From a virus: DNA of 64,000 bases. Within the stretch, counting starts at the first letter, position 1. Each line of letters starts with the position of its first letter. Positions 38,502 through 49,900 of the stretch are shown here, one piece after another. The stretch spans positions 1-64,000 of IMG/VR virus record IMGVR_UViG_3300020395_000002; one strand, written 5' to 3'. The position numbers were made by a program, and so were the translations under genes. The notes under the pieces were generated by a model, which was given only the letters and a program-made list of their open reading frames with translations, had not been told where the DNA came from and did not search any database.

Positions 38502-41500
38502 TGCCAAAGTATTATTCCCAGACAGCACCTGATTGGACAGGTGTACAAGTAGGCACCATCTCAATGATGCCAAAGGATGATGCTGGTGCATATTATGCTC
38601 CTGATGGATGGATGGAGTGTAATGGTAGATCTATTAATCCTAACGAATACCTAGGTTTGTATCAAGTTATTCAAAATACATACGGAGGTAGTGCTAGTGG
38701 TGATTTTCCTAACATTAGTGGAGATTTTAAGGTACCAGATCTTAGAGACAGACGGGTTGTTGGTACGGGAAGACTCAGACCAGACGGGTCTAGTCCAGCA
38801 CTAGAAGGATTAGATGCTGGTACAGTTAACACGTGTGGAAGTTTTGGTGGTAAGAATAATATAACTTTAGCAGACGTATCTACAAGGGTACAACTTGTAA
38901 CTGGAAGTGTACAGAGTGTATTCAATACATCCAGAGTACAACAGTCTTCAACTCAATTTACTGATGGAACCGTAGATGTTAACAGTGGTTTCCTAGCTAA
39001 CCACACAATGCCTCACTGGCCAAGTCATAGTCACGGTAATTTCTGGGCAATTAATCCTGCTGGTACATTTACTGCTGACCGTACATCTCCTGGTGGCGGT
39101 GATACACAGGTTCAAGGTGGTGCTAGTTCAGGTCCAAACTCACACGATGGTTCTCAATGTCCAGCAGTAGGTGGTGCAGGTTCACCACACTCACACTGGA
39201 TTGGTTGGAATGTTTCAGGAAGTTCTTCGGGAACTGGGTTTGGTGACTCACAACCTGCTGATGGTGATCCAAATACAGCAGGTGTATATGATTCTAATGG
39301 TAATGCTTTAATTAAACCAACCGCAGCTATGATGCAGTGGAACGTTCAATATTCCCCTGTAGATGCTACACAAGTAACATTTGGTCTAGACGTTGACTTA
39401 GGATTAGATGGTACTCCAAATCTACAACCAGAGTATCAAGAGACATCATATATGATCTTTGCTGGAGTTAGTAGTTCTGCATACACTGCACCTCCTGTAC
39501 CTCCTGCTGGTGATACTGTTCCAGATCAGGTTGGTCCTTTCAATATTGGTGTTACATCAGCTTCTGGTGATGGAGTGGTAACCTTTGTTCTAAATGGTGT
39601 TAGTTCCAACTATAGTTTTGATGTAGAAGTAATAAAATCTGGTGGACAATCTGTTGGTGCAACACCTATTAACCTTAATGGTACTGGTAATGCAGTTAAC
39701 ACTGGATATGTAAACGGTGATACTATTTCTATGACACTAGAAGCACCTTCTAGTGGTGGTACCACAGCAAATTACGAGATTAGAGTTAAGTACAATACAG
39801 CCACACAGATGACTGCTGTTGCTAATATCACATACGAGGCAGCACCTACTGTTGACCTATCTGTATTACCAACAACAGTGACCTCTGGTTCTGCTATTAA
39901 TGTTACTTACGAGGCACCTGGAGCAACTTCTGTTGTCGCATCTAACTTCGGTGCTTCTGTACCAACTGGTGCTACAATTGTTCAGAACCCAACTGTCACA
40001 ACTACTTACACGATTACCTTAGGTAACACTTGGGGTGATACAACTGCTACTGCGGTATGTACTATAGCTGCTGCAAATGCTCCACAGATTAATATGAGTG
40101 CTACTCCAACATCCATAGATGCTGGATCCTCAGCAACTATATCCTATAGTTGTACTAATGCTGACACATTTGTAAGTTGTTCTTCTTCTCCTGTTGACAC
40201 TGCCTTTGATAGTGCTTGTGCAGCTGCTGGTAATATAGCATACTATACACAGACTGTATCTCCATCAGTAGACACAACCTATACCGTTACATTGAGCAAT
40301 GCAAATGGTCAAGCATCTCAGTCAGCAACTCTAACTGTTGTAGCAGTTGCTGCACCTACGGTCACATTAACTACTGATGTCACAGTCATTGAGCAAGGTA
40401 ACTATAATCCTAATGATGACACTGAAGCAACCTTAACTTGGTCTAGCACAGACGCTGACGATATTGGTGGAATTAGTGGAACATCAACACCAACATATAG
40501 TCAATGGAATCCTACCACAGACTCTGGTACCTTACCTGTTGGACCTCAAGAAGATACTACATTCACAATTACTGCTACTAACGCAAGTGGATCTGATTCT
40601 GCTAGTGTTAATATTCAGGTATTCTTTATGCCTGAGATTACGTTGACTGTTACCAGAGGATACACACCTTCAGGTGGTAGTGCATCATACTCATATATTT
40701 CAGGACAGAGTACTGCTGCTCTACCTTGGTTGTACTTCTGTTGTGAAGAGCAAGTAACTGTTGGATGGGCTATCACAGGAACGGCTACAACTGTAACTGG
40801 TGGAGTATTCTATGGTAACTTTGCTGATGATGGAACTAACCCAAGTGGAGATAGCACTAATAGTAACCTAGGTACAGTTAGTGGAAATGCAACCTCAGGT
40901 ACTTGGAGTAGTATTAAGATAGCTCCTAGTGAAAATGGTAGTGCTGCTGGTGGATCTAATGCTGTCTCAGCGAATAAGAGACAGGGTGCGATCTTGATCC
41001 AAGCATCTAACACAATGGGTCAAAGTGCTGCTGCTGCAATAAGATTTAAGATACTTACATTCCGTGTTGCTAGGTACAGTGACTATCAGGATATTGCATA
41101 CTTTAACCAGTCTGGATCTACCAGTAATGTTGGTATGTACTTCGATGGAACTGGTAACCTAATAACCACTGGTAGTGGATCTGCTCAAGTCGTATTAAAC
41201 TTCGGATGGAATGATCAACCCAACCAAGACGGTCAAGCACTTGGAAATTACTCTATCTCTGCTCTTGGTATATCATTCGATCAAGGAAATACAACTACAG
41301 GTAGTGACACTGCAACTGTTACAGTTACTGGTGGTACAACATATACTGCTGTTGTAACTGGTGCTGCTGGCGTTGGTGGATACCACGTTGAGAACTCTAG
41401 TACTGGTGGAGTCAATCAGAAGTTCTGTGTTTGGGATAGTGATGGCACTGACTGTAATGCTTGGGTAGAAGTCGCAAGCATAACACAACAGGGTGCTACA

Positions 41501-41854
41501 TTACAGTTTGGTCCTATCAGTACCAACGAGTCTTATGTTGATACATCACCAGCTACTATACCAGCAGGTTCAACTTGGAATTGCTCAAGTATTATATGTC
41601 ATATTGGTGCTGCAACAGGAGAACTATTTGGTAAGGTTACTAACGGTAAGTTTAGAGTTGAGGATATAACTGGTGCTGCCAGCGACAATGATTACTATGA
41701 CTTAACAGTTTCTTGTAACGTTGCTGACTTTACTGGTGCATCTACTAACGCTAACACTGCTGCTACAGGTAACTTTGCAATCGCACTACCAGCTGGAACG
41801 TTCACATCTTCTGACATCAACACATTATGGGAACCAGGTGACGGAAACCCATAG
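38501..41854 (+). CDS. Tail-collar-domain fibre protein with Ig-like repeats
   Basis: GWMECNG..FKVPDLR collar; repeated P.V.L..PT...TTYTIT..N..G Ig-like units. Confidence 0.85.
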   Translation: MPKYYSQTAPDWTGVQVGTISMMPKDDAGAYYAPDGWMECNGRSINPNEYLGLYQVIQNTYGGSASGDFPNISGDFKVPDLRDRRVVGTGRLRPDGSSPALEGLDAGTVNTCGSFGGKNNITLADVSTRVQLVTGSVQSVFNTSRVQQSSTQFTDGTVDVNSGFLANHTMPHWPSHSHGNFWAINPAGTFTADRTSPGGGDTQVQGGASSGPNSHDGSQCPAVGGAGSPHSHWIGWNVSGSSSGTGFGDSQPADGDPNTAGVYDSNGNALIKPTAAMMQWNVQYSPVDATQVTFGLDVDLGLDGTPNLQPEYQETSYMIFAGVSSSAYTAPPVPPAGDTVPDQVGPFNIGVTSASGDGVVTFVLNGVSSNYSFDVEVIKSGGQSVGATPINLNGTGNAVNTGYVNGDTISMTLEAPSSGGTTANYEIRVKYNTATQMTAVANITYEAAPTVDLSVLPTTVTSGSAINVTYEAPGATSVVASNFGASVPTGATIVQNPTVTTTYTITLGNTWGDTTATAVCTIAAANAPQINMSATPTSIDAGSSATISYSCTNADTFVSCSSSPVDTAFDSACAAAGNIAYYTQTVSPSVDTTYTVTLSNANGQASQSATLTVVAVAAPTVTLTTDVTVIEQGNYNPNDDTEATLTWSSTDADDIGGISGTSTPTYSQWNPTTDSGTLPVGPQEDTTFTITATNASGSDSASVNIQVFFMPEITLTVTRGYTPSGGSASYSYISGQSTAALPWLYFCCEEQVTVGWAITGTATTVTGGVFYGNFADDGTNPSGDSTNSNLGTVSGNATSGTWSSIKIAPSENGSAAGGSNAVSANKRQGAILIQASNTMGQSAAAAIRFKILTFRVARYSDYQDIAYFNQSGSTSNVGMYFDGTGNLITTGSGSAQVVLNFGWNDQPNQDGQALGNYSISALGISFDQGNTTTGSDTATVTVTGGTTYTAVVTGAAGVGGYHVENSSTGGVNQKFCVWDSDGTDCNAWVEVASITQQGATLQFGPISTNESYVDTSPATIPAGSTWNCSSIICHIGAATGELFGKVTNGKFRVEDITGAASDNDYYDLTVSCNVADFTGASTNANTAATGNFAIALPAGTFTSSDINTLWEPGDGNP

Positions 41855-41866
41855 ACGTGATATAAT
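41838..41866 (+). promoter_or_regulatory. sigma70-type promoter
   Basis: GTGACG-17-TATAAT with extended TG. Confidence 0.65.
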
Positions 41867-41871
41867 AAACT

Positions 41872-41907
41872 TGGAAAAAAACTCGGCAAAATTTTTGCTC
41901 TTTTAGA
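41872..41907 (+). repeat. Dispersed intergenic element, copy D
   Basis: tggaaaaaaactcggcaaaatttttgctcttttaga. Confidence 0.75.
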
Positions 41908-41914
41908 CTTCGTT

Positions 41915-42574
41915 ATGGCAGAGGACAACAATTTACCACCTATCAAGCCTCTAGAGTTGATGCTTGATGAAAATATAACAAAGGTTGATTTCTCAGACTT
42001 CATTGGAGTCTGGGATAATTTTATGCCAGAAAATGTTTGTAATAAGTTTATTGATTGGTATAAAGACCTTAAAAATACAGCAGCTATAACTCAACCTCAA
42101 GATGATGGGGGTGTAGGAGATGGTAGGTTTCAATTTCAAGATGGTAATTTAGGTAGGTATGATAAACAGATACTGATTAATCATAATAACTATGACTTGC
42201 AGAAATGTACAGTACAGTATATTAGAGCTTGTGTTGACCATTATATTTGGAAGTATCGGCAACTTGCATCACAACCATTGATGAGTACTGTGATTAAGTT
42301 TCAACATACTCCTCAAAGTGGTGGATACCATACGTGGCACTATGAAGCAATGGGTTTATCTTATGCTCATCGTGTATTGACTTGGATGATATATCTCAAT
42401 GAAGATTTTGAAGGAGGAGAAACAGAGTTTCTTGATCAGACAAGAAGAATTAAACCTACTACTGGTACATTGTTAATCTGGCCAGCAGGTTTCACGCATA
42501 CACATAAAGGGAACCTAGTTTTATCAGGTGATAAATACATATTGACAGGATGGTATCTATTAAATGGCTCGTAA
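41915..42574 (+). CDS. 2OG-Fe(II) oxygenase (prolyl-hydroxylase-like)
   Basis: GGYHTWHYE, WMIYLN..EGGETEF, WPAGFTHTHKG, KYILTGW. Confidence 0.88.
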   Translation: MAEDNNLPPIKPLELMLDENITKVDFSDFIGVWDNFMPENVCNKFIDWYKDLKNTAAITQPQDDGGVGDGRFQFQDGNLGRYDKQILINHNNYDLQKCTVQYIRACVDHYIWKYRQLASQPLMSTVIKFQHTPQSGGYHTWHYEAMGLSYAHRVLTWMIYLNEDFEGGETEFLDQTRRIKPTTGTLLIWPAGFTHTHKGNLVLSGDKYILTGWYLLNGS

Positions 42575-43241
42575 TTTTGCGGAAGCTGATTTTATCCTCT
42601 GGGTTCCCAGAAAAATTATCGGTGGTAAAAATCCAGATGGTACCCAACAGGGCTTTGAGATCTCTGATAGTGATTGGACTAATACTGTTCTACCTGCTAT
42701 CAACGGGACATTCCACGTTGCTGGTGTGGATGAACTAACAACCATACACTATTGGAAAGCAGATAACCCTCTTGGTGAACCCGTTTGGTACCTTGCAGAG
42801 AATCAGGATCTACGTGGTAATACAGCAATTACTACAAATGATTCATCTAAAGTTGATGAAGCAACGGTCTTATACGAAACTTTATCACCTCTTCGTACAC
42901 AGTACAAAGATGCTTATGATGCTGAACAACAAGCAGCGTTGGATAAAGCAAATCGTGAAAAATATTTTGTTGACAATCAAATTCCAGAGAACTTGGGATC
43001 ATTGCGTGCAATGAGAACTGATCTTCTTAAAGATACTGATTGGGTGATGTTAGAAGATGTTTGGGAAGCTGCTGCTGGTATGTCACTAGCTAGTGTCCCT
43101 GCTGCTGCTAAAGAGAAAGCTAACTGGAAGACCTATAGGCAAAGACTTAGGGATTTACCTGCACAACAGGCAGATCCGTATGAATATGCCAATTTCACTG
43201 GTTGGCCAGTTAATCCCGCACACGCTGATTTCGTTCCCTAA
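42564..43241 (+). CDS. Tail fibre assembly chaperone-like protein
   Basis: LRAMRTDLLKDTDW...WKTYRQRLRDLP...WP motif. Confidence 0.8.
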   Translation: MARNFAEADFILWVPRKIIGGKNPDGTQQGFEISDSDWTNTVLPAINGTFHVAGVDELTTIHYWKADNPLGEPVWYLAENQDLRGNTAITTNDSSKVDEATVLYETLSPLRTQYKDAYDAEQQAALDKANREKYFVDNQIPENLGSLRAMRTDLLKDTDWVMLEDVWEAAAGMSLASVPAAAKEKANWKTYRQRLRDLPAQQADPYEYANFTGWPVNPAHADFVP

Positions 43242-43243
43242 CT

Positions 43244-43918
43244 ATGTTTTTTCGTTATGAATTGCTGAACAATGTTAATCTTAAACACGTACAAGACTTC
43301 TACGACTTCTCTGAGTTCAATGATGGTGCACGCACTGGATCTGATGATAAGAGAATTAAGAATAACATTGAAATGCAAGTTGAGCAAGCAAATGCTGCTT
43401 GGAAGATAATTTGGGATAATTATCAAAAACACGAGATACCTATGTGGCAAATGTGGGTCTGTAATAGCACCACAGCTTTGTTTATTAGGTATACAGAAGG
43501 AATGCATTATGGATGGCACTGTGATTCGCCTATGATGGCAGGAGGAGTGCGATCCGATTTTAGTACTACAGTATTTTTAAATGATCCTTCAGAATATGAA
43601 GGAGGTGAACTTGTATTACAGTATGGTACAGAGACTATTGAGGTTAAATTACCTGCTGGATGGGCGTTTAGTTATCCTACTGGGACTAAACATATGGTGA
43701 AAGAAGTAACATCTGGAGTAAGGGATGTTGCAGTCTTTTGGAGTAAGTCAATGTTCAGATGTCAAGAAGACAGACGAGTTGCGACATATAATTATGAAAT
43801 AAAACAGGAGTTACTCAACCTTTATCCGAACGCAGAGGATCCTGATGATGATCATTATGGTATGACAAGAGGTCTTGATGAACAGTTACACTCGTTGATG
43901 CGTTCAAAAGCTTACTAA
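43244..43918 (+). CDS. PKHD-type (PiuC/YbiX-like) Fe(II)/2OG hydroxylase
   Basis: FNDGARTG..KNN, YGWHCD, RSDFSTTVFLNDPSEYEGGEL, HMVKEVTSGVR. Confidence 0.88.
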   Translation: MFFRYELLNNVNLKHVQDFYDFSEFNDGARTGSDDKRIKNNIEMQVEQANAAWKIIWDNYQKHEIPMWQMWVCNSTTALFIRYTEGMHYGWHCDSPMMAGGVRSDFSTTVFLNDPSEYEGGELVLQYGTETIEVKLPAGWAFSYPTGTKHMVKEVTSGVRDVAVFWSKSMFRCQEDRRVATYNYEIKQELLNLYPNAEDPDDDHYGMTRGLDEQLHSLMRSKAY

Positions 43919-43955
43919 ATAACCCTTAGGGAAAGTACCGTACCATTTTGGAATA

Positions 43956-46900
43956 ATGCAAATAGAGGAAGGCAGAATTATTGTCCAAGTCTCGAAAGAG
44001 ATAGAGGTCGCTACTGTCATTGAACGTGCAAAGCAACGTTTCACATCACTAGCTAACACACACGACCTGACAAGGTTCAAAACACTATTCCTAGATTTTC
44101 CATCAAGGGATCAGAATTTCATCACTATTTTAAAGAGTGACGAATTTCCAGAGGTTATTGGGGCACATTGGGATGCCAAAATGACCATTAAGAAACAAGA
44201 TTTACAAAACGAAGTCGGAGTAAAGCACGCTGATGCTTTCGAGATGGCAGAAGAGACGTATGATATATCAAATCCCCCAGCTGTTACCCCCAACGATCCC
44301 TCCCGTGAAGATGTTGCTACATATTCCTCTACCTCTAGTGACACTGCTTCTGCATTAACTGCACAGGTCAAACCATTTTCCTATGGTAGTGTAAGACCTT
44401 GGAACGGTAGTACTTCTACACTAACATACACAGGTATAGTTAACGTTGGTTCATATGGTCCTAAGTTAGCACTACTATCTGGTGGTGTGATATATGAGTC
44501 TATAGCATTAGACTATATGCTTCCTAACTTTACTATTGTCTTCAGTTTAGCAGATGCTAGTAATGCAGGATATAAGTGGTGCTTCTCTACCACACCAGAC
44601 GGTACAAATAATGGTGGTACAGAGTATACAACAGGTGTAACAAGAGTAGGTACTCCAGGAACTGCTGGTTCTTCTGTAAGTATAGCACTTTCAGCAACCA
44701 CACCATTGGAGTTGTATATCTATGAGGATACCACACCTACTATGGGTATGTCTGGATCTTACATACCTTCAACAACATATTCATTTAAAATAACTATCTT
44801 CAATAAGTGGCATCTACAAAGGATATCACAATCTACAGATAACCTAGGTTATGGTCTCTATTCACTGACTGAAGACGGAGAAAATTCAGATATTTACATC
44901 CTTGATACTGGTGTTCGTGGTGCATCCCGTCCAGCAGATACTGCTGGTGCTAATTTACACCCAGAATTATATCACCCAGATTATATAAGTGACTTCAATG
45001 GTACTACAGAACAGGCAAACTATCGTGTATATGAGGTACCAGGATATAACTCAGGTATCACATTAAATGGTGAAGCAAATAGTAATGAGGATGACGATGG
45101 TCACGGTACTCAGTGTGCTATCTGTGCTGCTGGTGTAACCTTTGGTGTAGCTAAGAAAGCACGTATCTTCGCAATGAAGGTATTTAATGAGACTGGTACT
45201 GAGTATACCACGTTTGCATCAAGATATATCAATTGTATGCTAGCTATTGCTAACCATAACGATTCTACTCACGCAAACTGGAAAGGTAATACCCGTCCAG
45301 CAATTGTTAATGCTTCATTAGGTGCTATTATACCTAACAGATACTGGCCATATGTTTATAAGAATGAGCCTGGATTTGATTCTGGTGCTGGTGAGAGTGA
45401 TACACTCTTTGATGACTATGAGAACTATCTTATAGAATCTGGTGTTATCTTTGTAAGATCTGCTGGTAATGGATTTACTGATGGCACTTGGGCTGGTACT
45501 TACGGTGGATATCAAGGTAAGTACTTGGTAGGTGTTAGGACTGCTGGTCCTAAGGACAACCTACACAATATGGAAATACCTGATGCTAGTGACAAAGGTA
45601 AGATTACTGTAGGTGCTACTGCACATAATAATAATTTCTCTGCATTCTCTAATTACGGTACGATTACTACCAGTGCTCCTGGTGAGTCAATCTATTGCCC
45701 TAGATGGTATTGGAACAGTGCTACACCATACAACCAGATAAGTTCTTCTTACTACACAAATATTGATGGTACTTCATTCTCTGGTCCTATAACTGCTGGT
45801 GTACTAGCACAGTGGGCTACAAAGATGACATACCAACAGGGTGTTACCTATGAAGGTAAACCTCTACCACAGTTGGCAAAAGAATGGTTACGTAGACCAT
45901 TAGATTGGGATTATATTCGTACATATAATGGTGCGACTGCATCACCTGTTAGCTATGAGTTTGGTGGTGCTAGTGTCCAAACATATCCATCTAATACTAT
46001 CGATGAAATCGTATTCGATGGATTGAATACAACAGTTTCAACTGGTGCTGCTAGTAACGTTCTTACATTCAATTTAGGATCAGAGTTTTCTAGATTAAAC
46101 CCTGTTCTTGGTGATCAGATACAGATACGTACACCTATTGGTATTATAGCACAAGATATAATCAGTGATGTATGGGTAACATCTGTAGCGTCACCTACTG
46201 CTGCATATCATAAAGAGGGTGGACTATTTAATGTTGTTAGTGATAATCATCCAGCTCCAGGTCTTTACGGTGTATTCCCTAAAGCTGGAACATCTGGATA
46301 TGTTTCTAACCTTACATTAAGTCAGCAAGGTTCTGGATACACTATAGCACCTGTTGTTTCATTCTCAGGTGGTGGTGGAACGGATGCTACTGCAACAGCT
46401 CAGATCACACTAACTGGTGGTGGTGTTACAGGTATTAACGTAGATCAGTCTGGTAGTGGATACACAGAGGCACCAACAGTCACAATTAGTGGTGATGGTA
46501 ACGGTGCAACTGCAACTGCAAACATCTCACTTACTGGTGGTGGAATACAAACTGTTACCGTAACTAACGGTGGTAATGGTTACAACCCATTAAACGTACC
46601 AGCTGTTGCCTTCTCAGGCGGTGGTGGAGGTGGTGCAGCTGCAACCGCAGTTGTTACTGATGGTATTGTTACTGGTGTTACTATTACTAATCCAGGTTCA
46701 GGATATACACAGGCACCTTCTGTAACTATTGCAGCTGCAAGTCCTCCAGTTCAAGGAACGACATTTGATATTGCTAATATGTTTGTATCAGGTGGTGGAT
46801 CTGTTACAACTGGATCTCTAAACATTGTTAACAATGCATTGACAACTGTTGCGGATAACTTACCACAACCTGCATTGTTTGGATCTTTCCCTAATGTCAA

Positions 46901-49900
46901 CAACCCTTGGTCAATCCTACCTAAGTCCTATAACCACACATTAACATATCGTGGTGGTAGAAACGTTTCTAAGACTGGAACTCCTGACTCTGCTTTAGGT
47001 GCTGCATACGGATTTGTAGCCCTTACACTTAATGGTGTTACAATACAAACCTATAACTGGGGTCTTAATACTAATCTTCCTGATGGTACTAACTGCCCAA
47101 CAGGATATAGTTTCGATCAAGTATACAACATTAATGCATTTGGTGGTGATAGTGGTAACGCTACTGTAGGATCTGATGGTGCATACTACTATACTAGTGG
47201 TAAGTTCTTCACTGAACTATGGAAAGGTTCCACAACAACTATGGTAGTTACTGTAGTCAATGTTGCTGGTTCAAACAAATACTTTATTGATACTACACAG
47301 ACACCTAACTTGCAGGTAACTGAAGGTAATACATACTACTTCGATCAGTCTGATTCTAGTAACACAGGATACCCATTTAAGATATCTGAATCACAAGATG
47401 GTATTCATATTCAAGGTGGTACTGAGTATATAACTGGTATTAGATACCAAGGTACTCCTGGTGATGGTCAAGCTGGTACTGGTACTTACATACAGGTACA
47501 ACCTGACTCACCAAACTTATTCTACTATTGCTCATTATATTCTGGATACGGTGCTGCTGCTTCTGTAACTACATTAGCAAATACTTCCGCACTTCCATCC
47601 AATACAAGTGCTGATATTATAAATGCGACTCATCACTCACCTATCATAGGTATTGCTAAGGATGGTTATCCTGTCTATGGTCCTGTAGGTTATGATAGTC
47701 CTGGATCTACAGCAAGTCTAGCTAGAATGCAATCTGGTTGGACATTAAGATCAACACGTACTGGTACACCTTATACTCCTCAAACATATACTTGGGGTGT
47801 TACTGCTGACGATAATTTAGATTTCGATTTTACAGGAGAAAGCACTGGATCTGATGTTACTATCAATGCTAATGTTGGTGACAACCTAGTATTCAATGTT
47901 AATGCACAGTATAGCACAGGTGGAGGTGGTGGATCCACTCCACAAACTTACAACTTAGTTGTAACTGCTTCAGGTGCTAGTGATTACACTGTATCTGGTT
48001 CTGACAGAAATGGTAACGTCAATGGTGCAGACCCTACACTAACTTTCTACGAAGGAGATACAGTTAACTTTACAGTCTCTGCTTCTGGGCATCCATTCCA
48101 CTTGAAGACTCAAGCTGGCACTGGTACTTCTAACCAAATACCTGGCGTAACTAATAATGGTACACAATCTGGTACTGTTACTTGGGTTATTGGTAGTACT
48201 GCTGCTGGTACATACTACTACCAGTGCGAATACCACAGTGGTATGGTTGGAACTATGACAGTTCAAACTTCTGGTGGTGGCGGTGGATCAACAATCACTC
48301 ATCCTTTCTGGATCCAGAAAGTTCCAGCTCCTTACAACCCTGCACAGGTAGTAGCTACGGTTGTTAACAATGGTAGTTACAACGCTACTGTATTATGGAA
48401 CACAGCAACTGCTGCTGCTGGTACTTACTACTATGTTTGTGAGATGCATCAAGCAATGACAGGTACTATCACCTTGACAGAACCTGTTGGTTTCTCACCA
48501 AACGTCAACACATATCCTATGGGATCGTTCATAGAAGACTATGAGTTTACAGATGCTGGTCATTTAGATAATCGTAACGGTAGATTCTGTATCACTCCTG
48601 ATTATCCAGGTGGTACATACGCATACTTTATGACATTTGATAACCAAGCGAATCCTCAATTCCCTTATGCTATTGGAAATAGATTCTATGGTGACGCAGT
48701 AGAGTATGGTGAAACTGCATCATCAAACCCAGTGTTTGAGGAACCAGCAGCTGCTGGATCATCTATTGGTACTCAAACTGGTGTTGTTGATAGTATAACA
48801 GTTGACACTCAGGGTGTTGGATATACAACTGCAACTGTAAGCTTTACTGGAGGAGGAGGTGTTGGTGCTGAGGCATCTGCAAGTCTATCTGTTCTTGATG
48901 GTTATGTCTCTGGATTAAATGTTACTGACGGTGGTACTGGATACTCAACTGCTCCTACTGTTACCATTGCTGCACCAAACGTAGCTGGTGGTGTACAAGC
49001 AACTGCTGTTTCATCTATCGCAATTACAGCTGGTAACCCAAATAGTATTGTTGACCAATCATTCGATCAAGACTTTAACTGGAGAGGTGGTACCAATTAT
49101 GGTGCTACAACCAATCCTCCTACACAGACACCACTACGTAGCGTTAAACCATATGCTATAACAACAACTGGTGTGTACATATATCATTATAGTAACGAGA
49201 GTGGACCAACTCCTGGTTGGACATTCAATGACGTTACTAACGAGAACTTAACTGGTGCTGACACATACGGTGGTTATCCTAATAGTCAAAATATATACGG
49301 ATACAACTCTAGTAAGTTGCTAGAAGCATATCAAACTTCTGATGTACGAAATGGTTCTAATTACATTGGTCTAACATACTATGACCTAGGATATCAGACT
49401 ATTACTTATGCAGTAACTGTTGCTGCTAAGACAGCAAGTAATAGCTACTACAACCAAGGTAGTACTGATTGTTACTACCTCCAACAGGCTGGTGGATCTG
49501 CACAGGAAGCACCTGCATTAGCATTCACTAGAGGTAACACATACATCTTTAATCAAGATAACTCTTCAAACGATGGACATCCATTGTATATTTCTACCAC
49601 TGAGGATGGAATACACAATGGTGGTGTTAGATACACTGCTGGTATAACATACAGACTTAATGGTGTTGCAGTTGATGCTGTTTCATACCTTTCATCATTT
49701 GATGCTTCAGTATTGAGATCAATTACTATCGTAGTTCCTCTTGATGCACCTGCTACATTATACTATGTTTCTGACGTAGGTATCAAAGAAGGTAAGGGTA
49801 TAACCACTAACGATAATATTCAAGGTGACTACAGACGACACGCTAATGGACACTCTAAGATCTTAGGTATAGCATTTGATGGTTATCCTATCTACGGACC

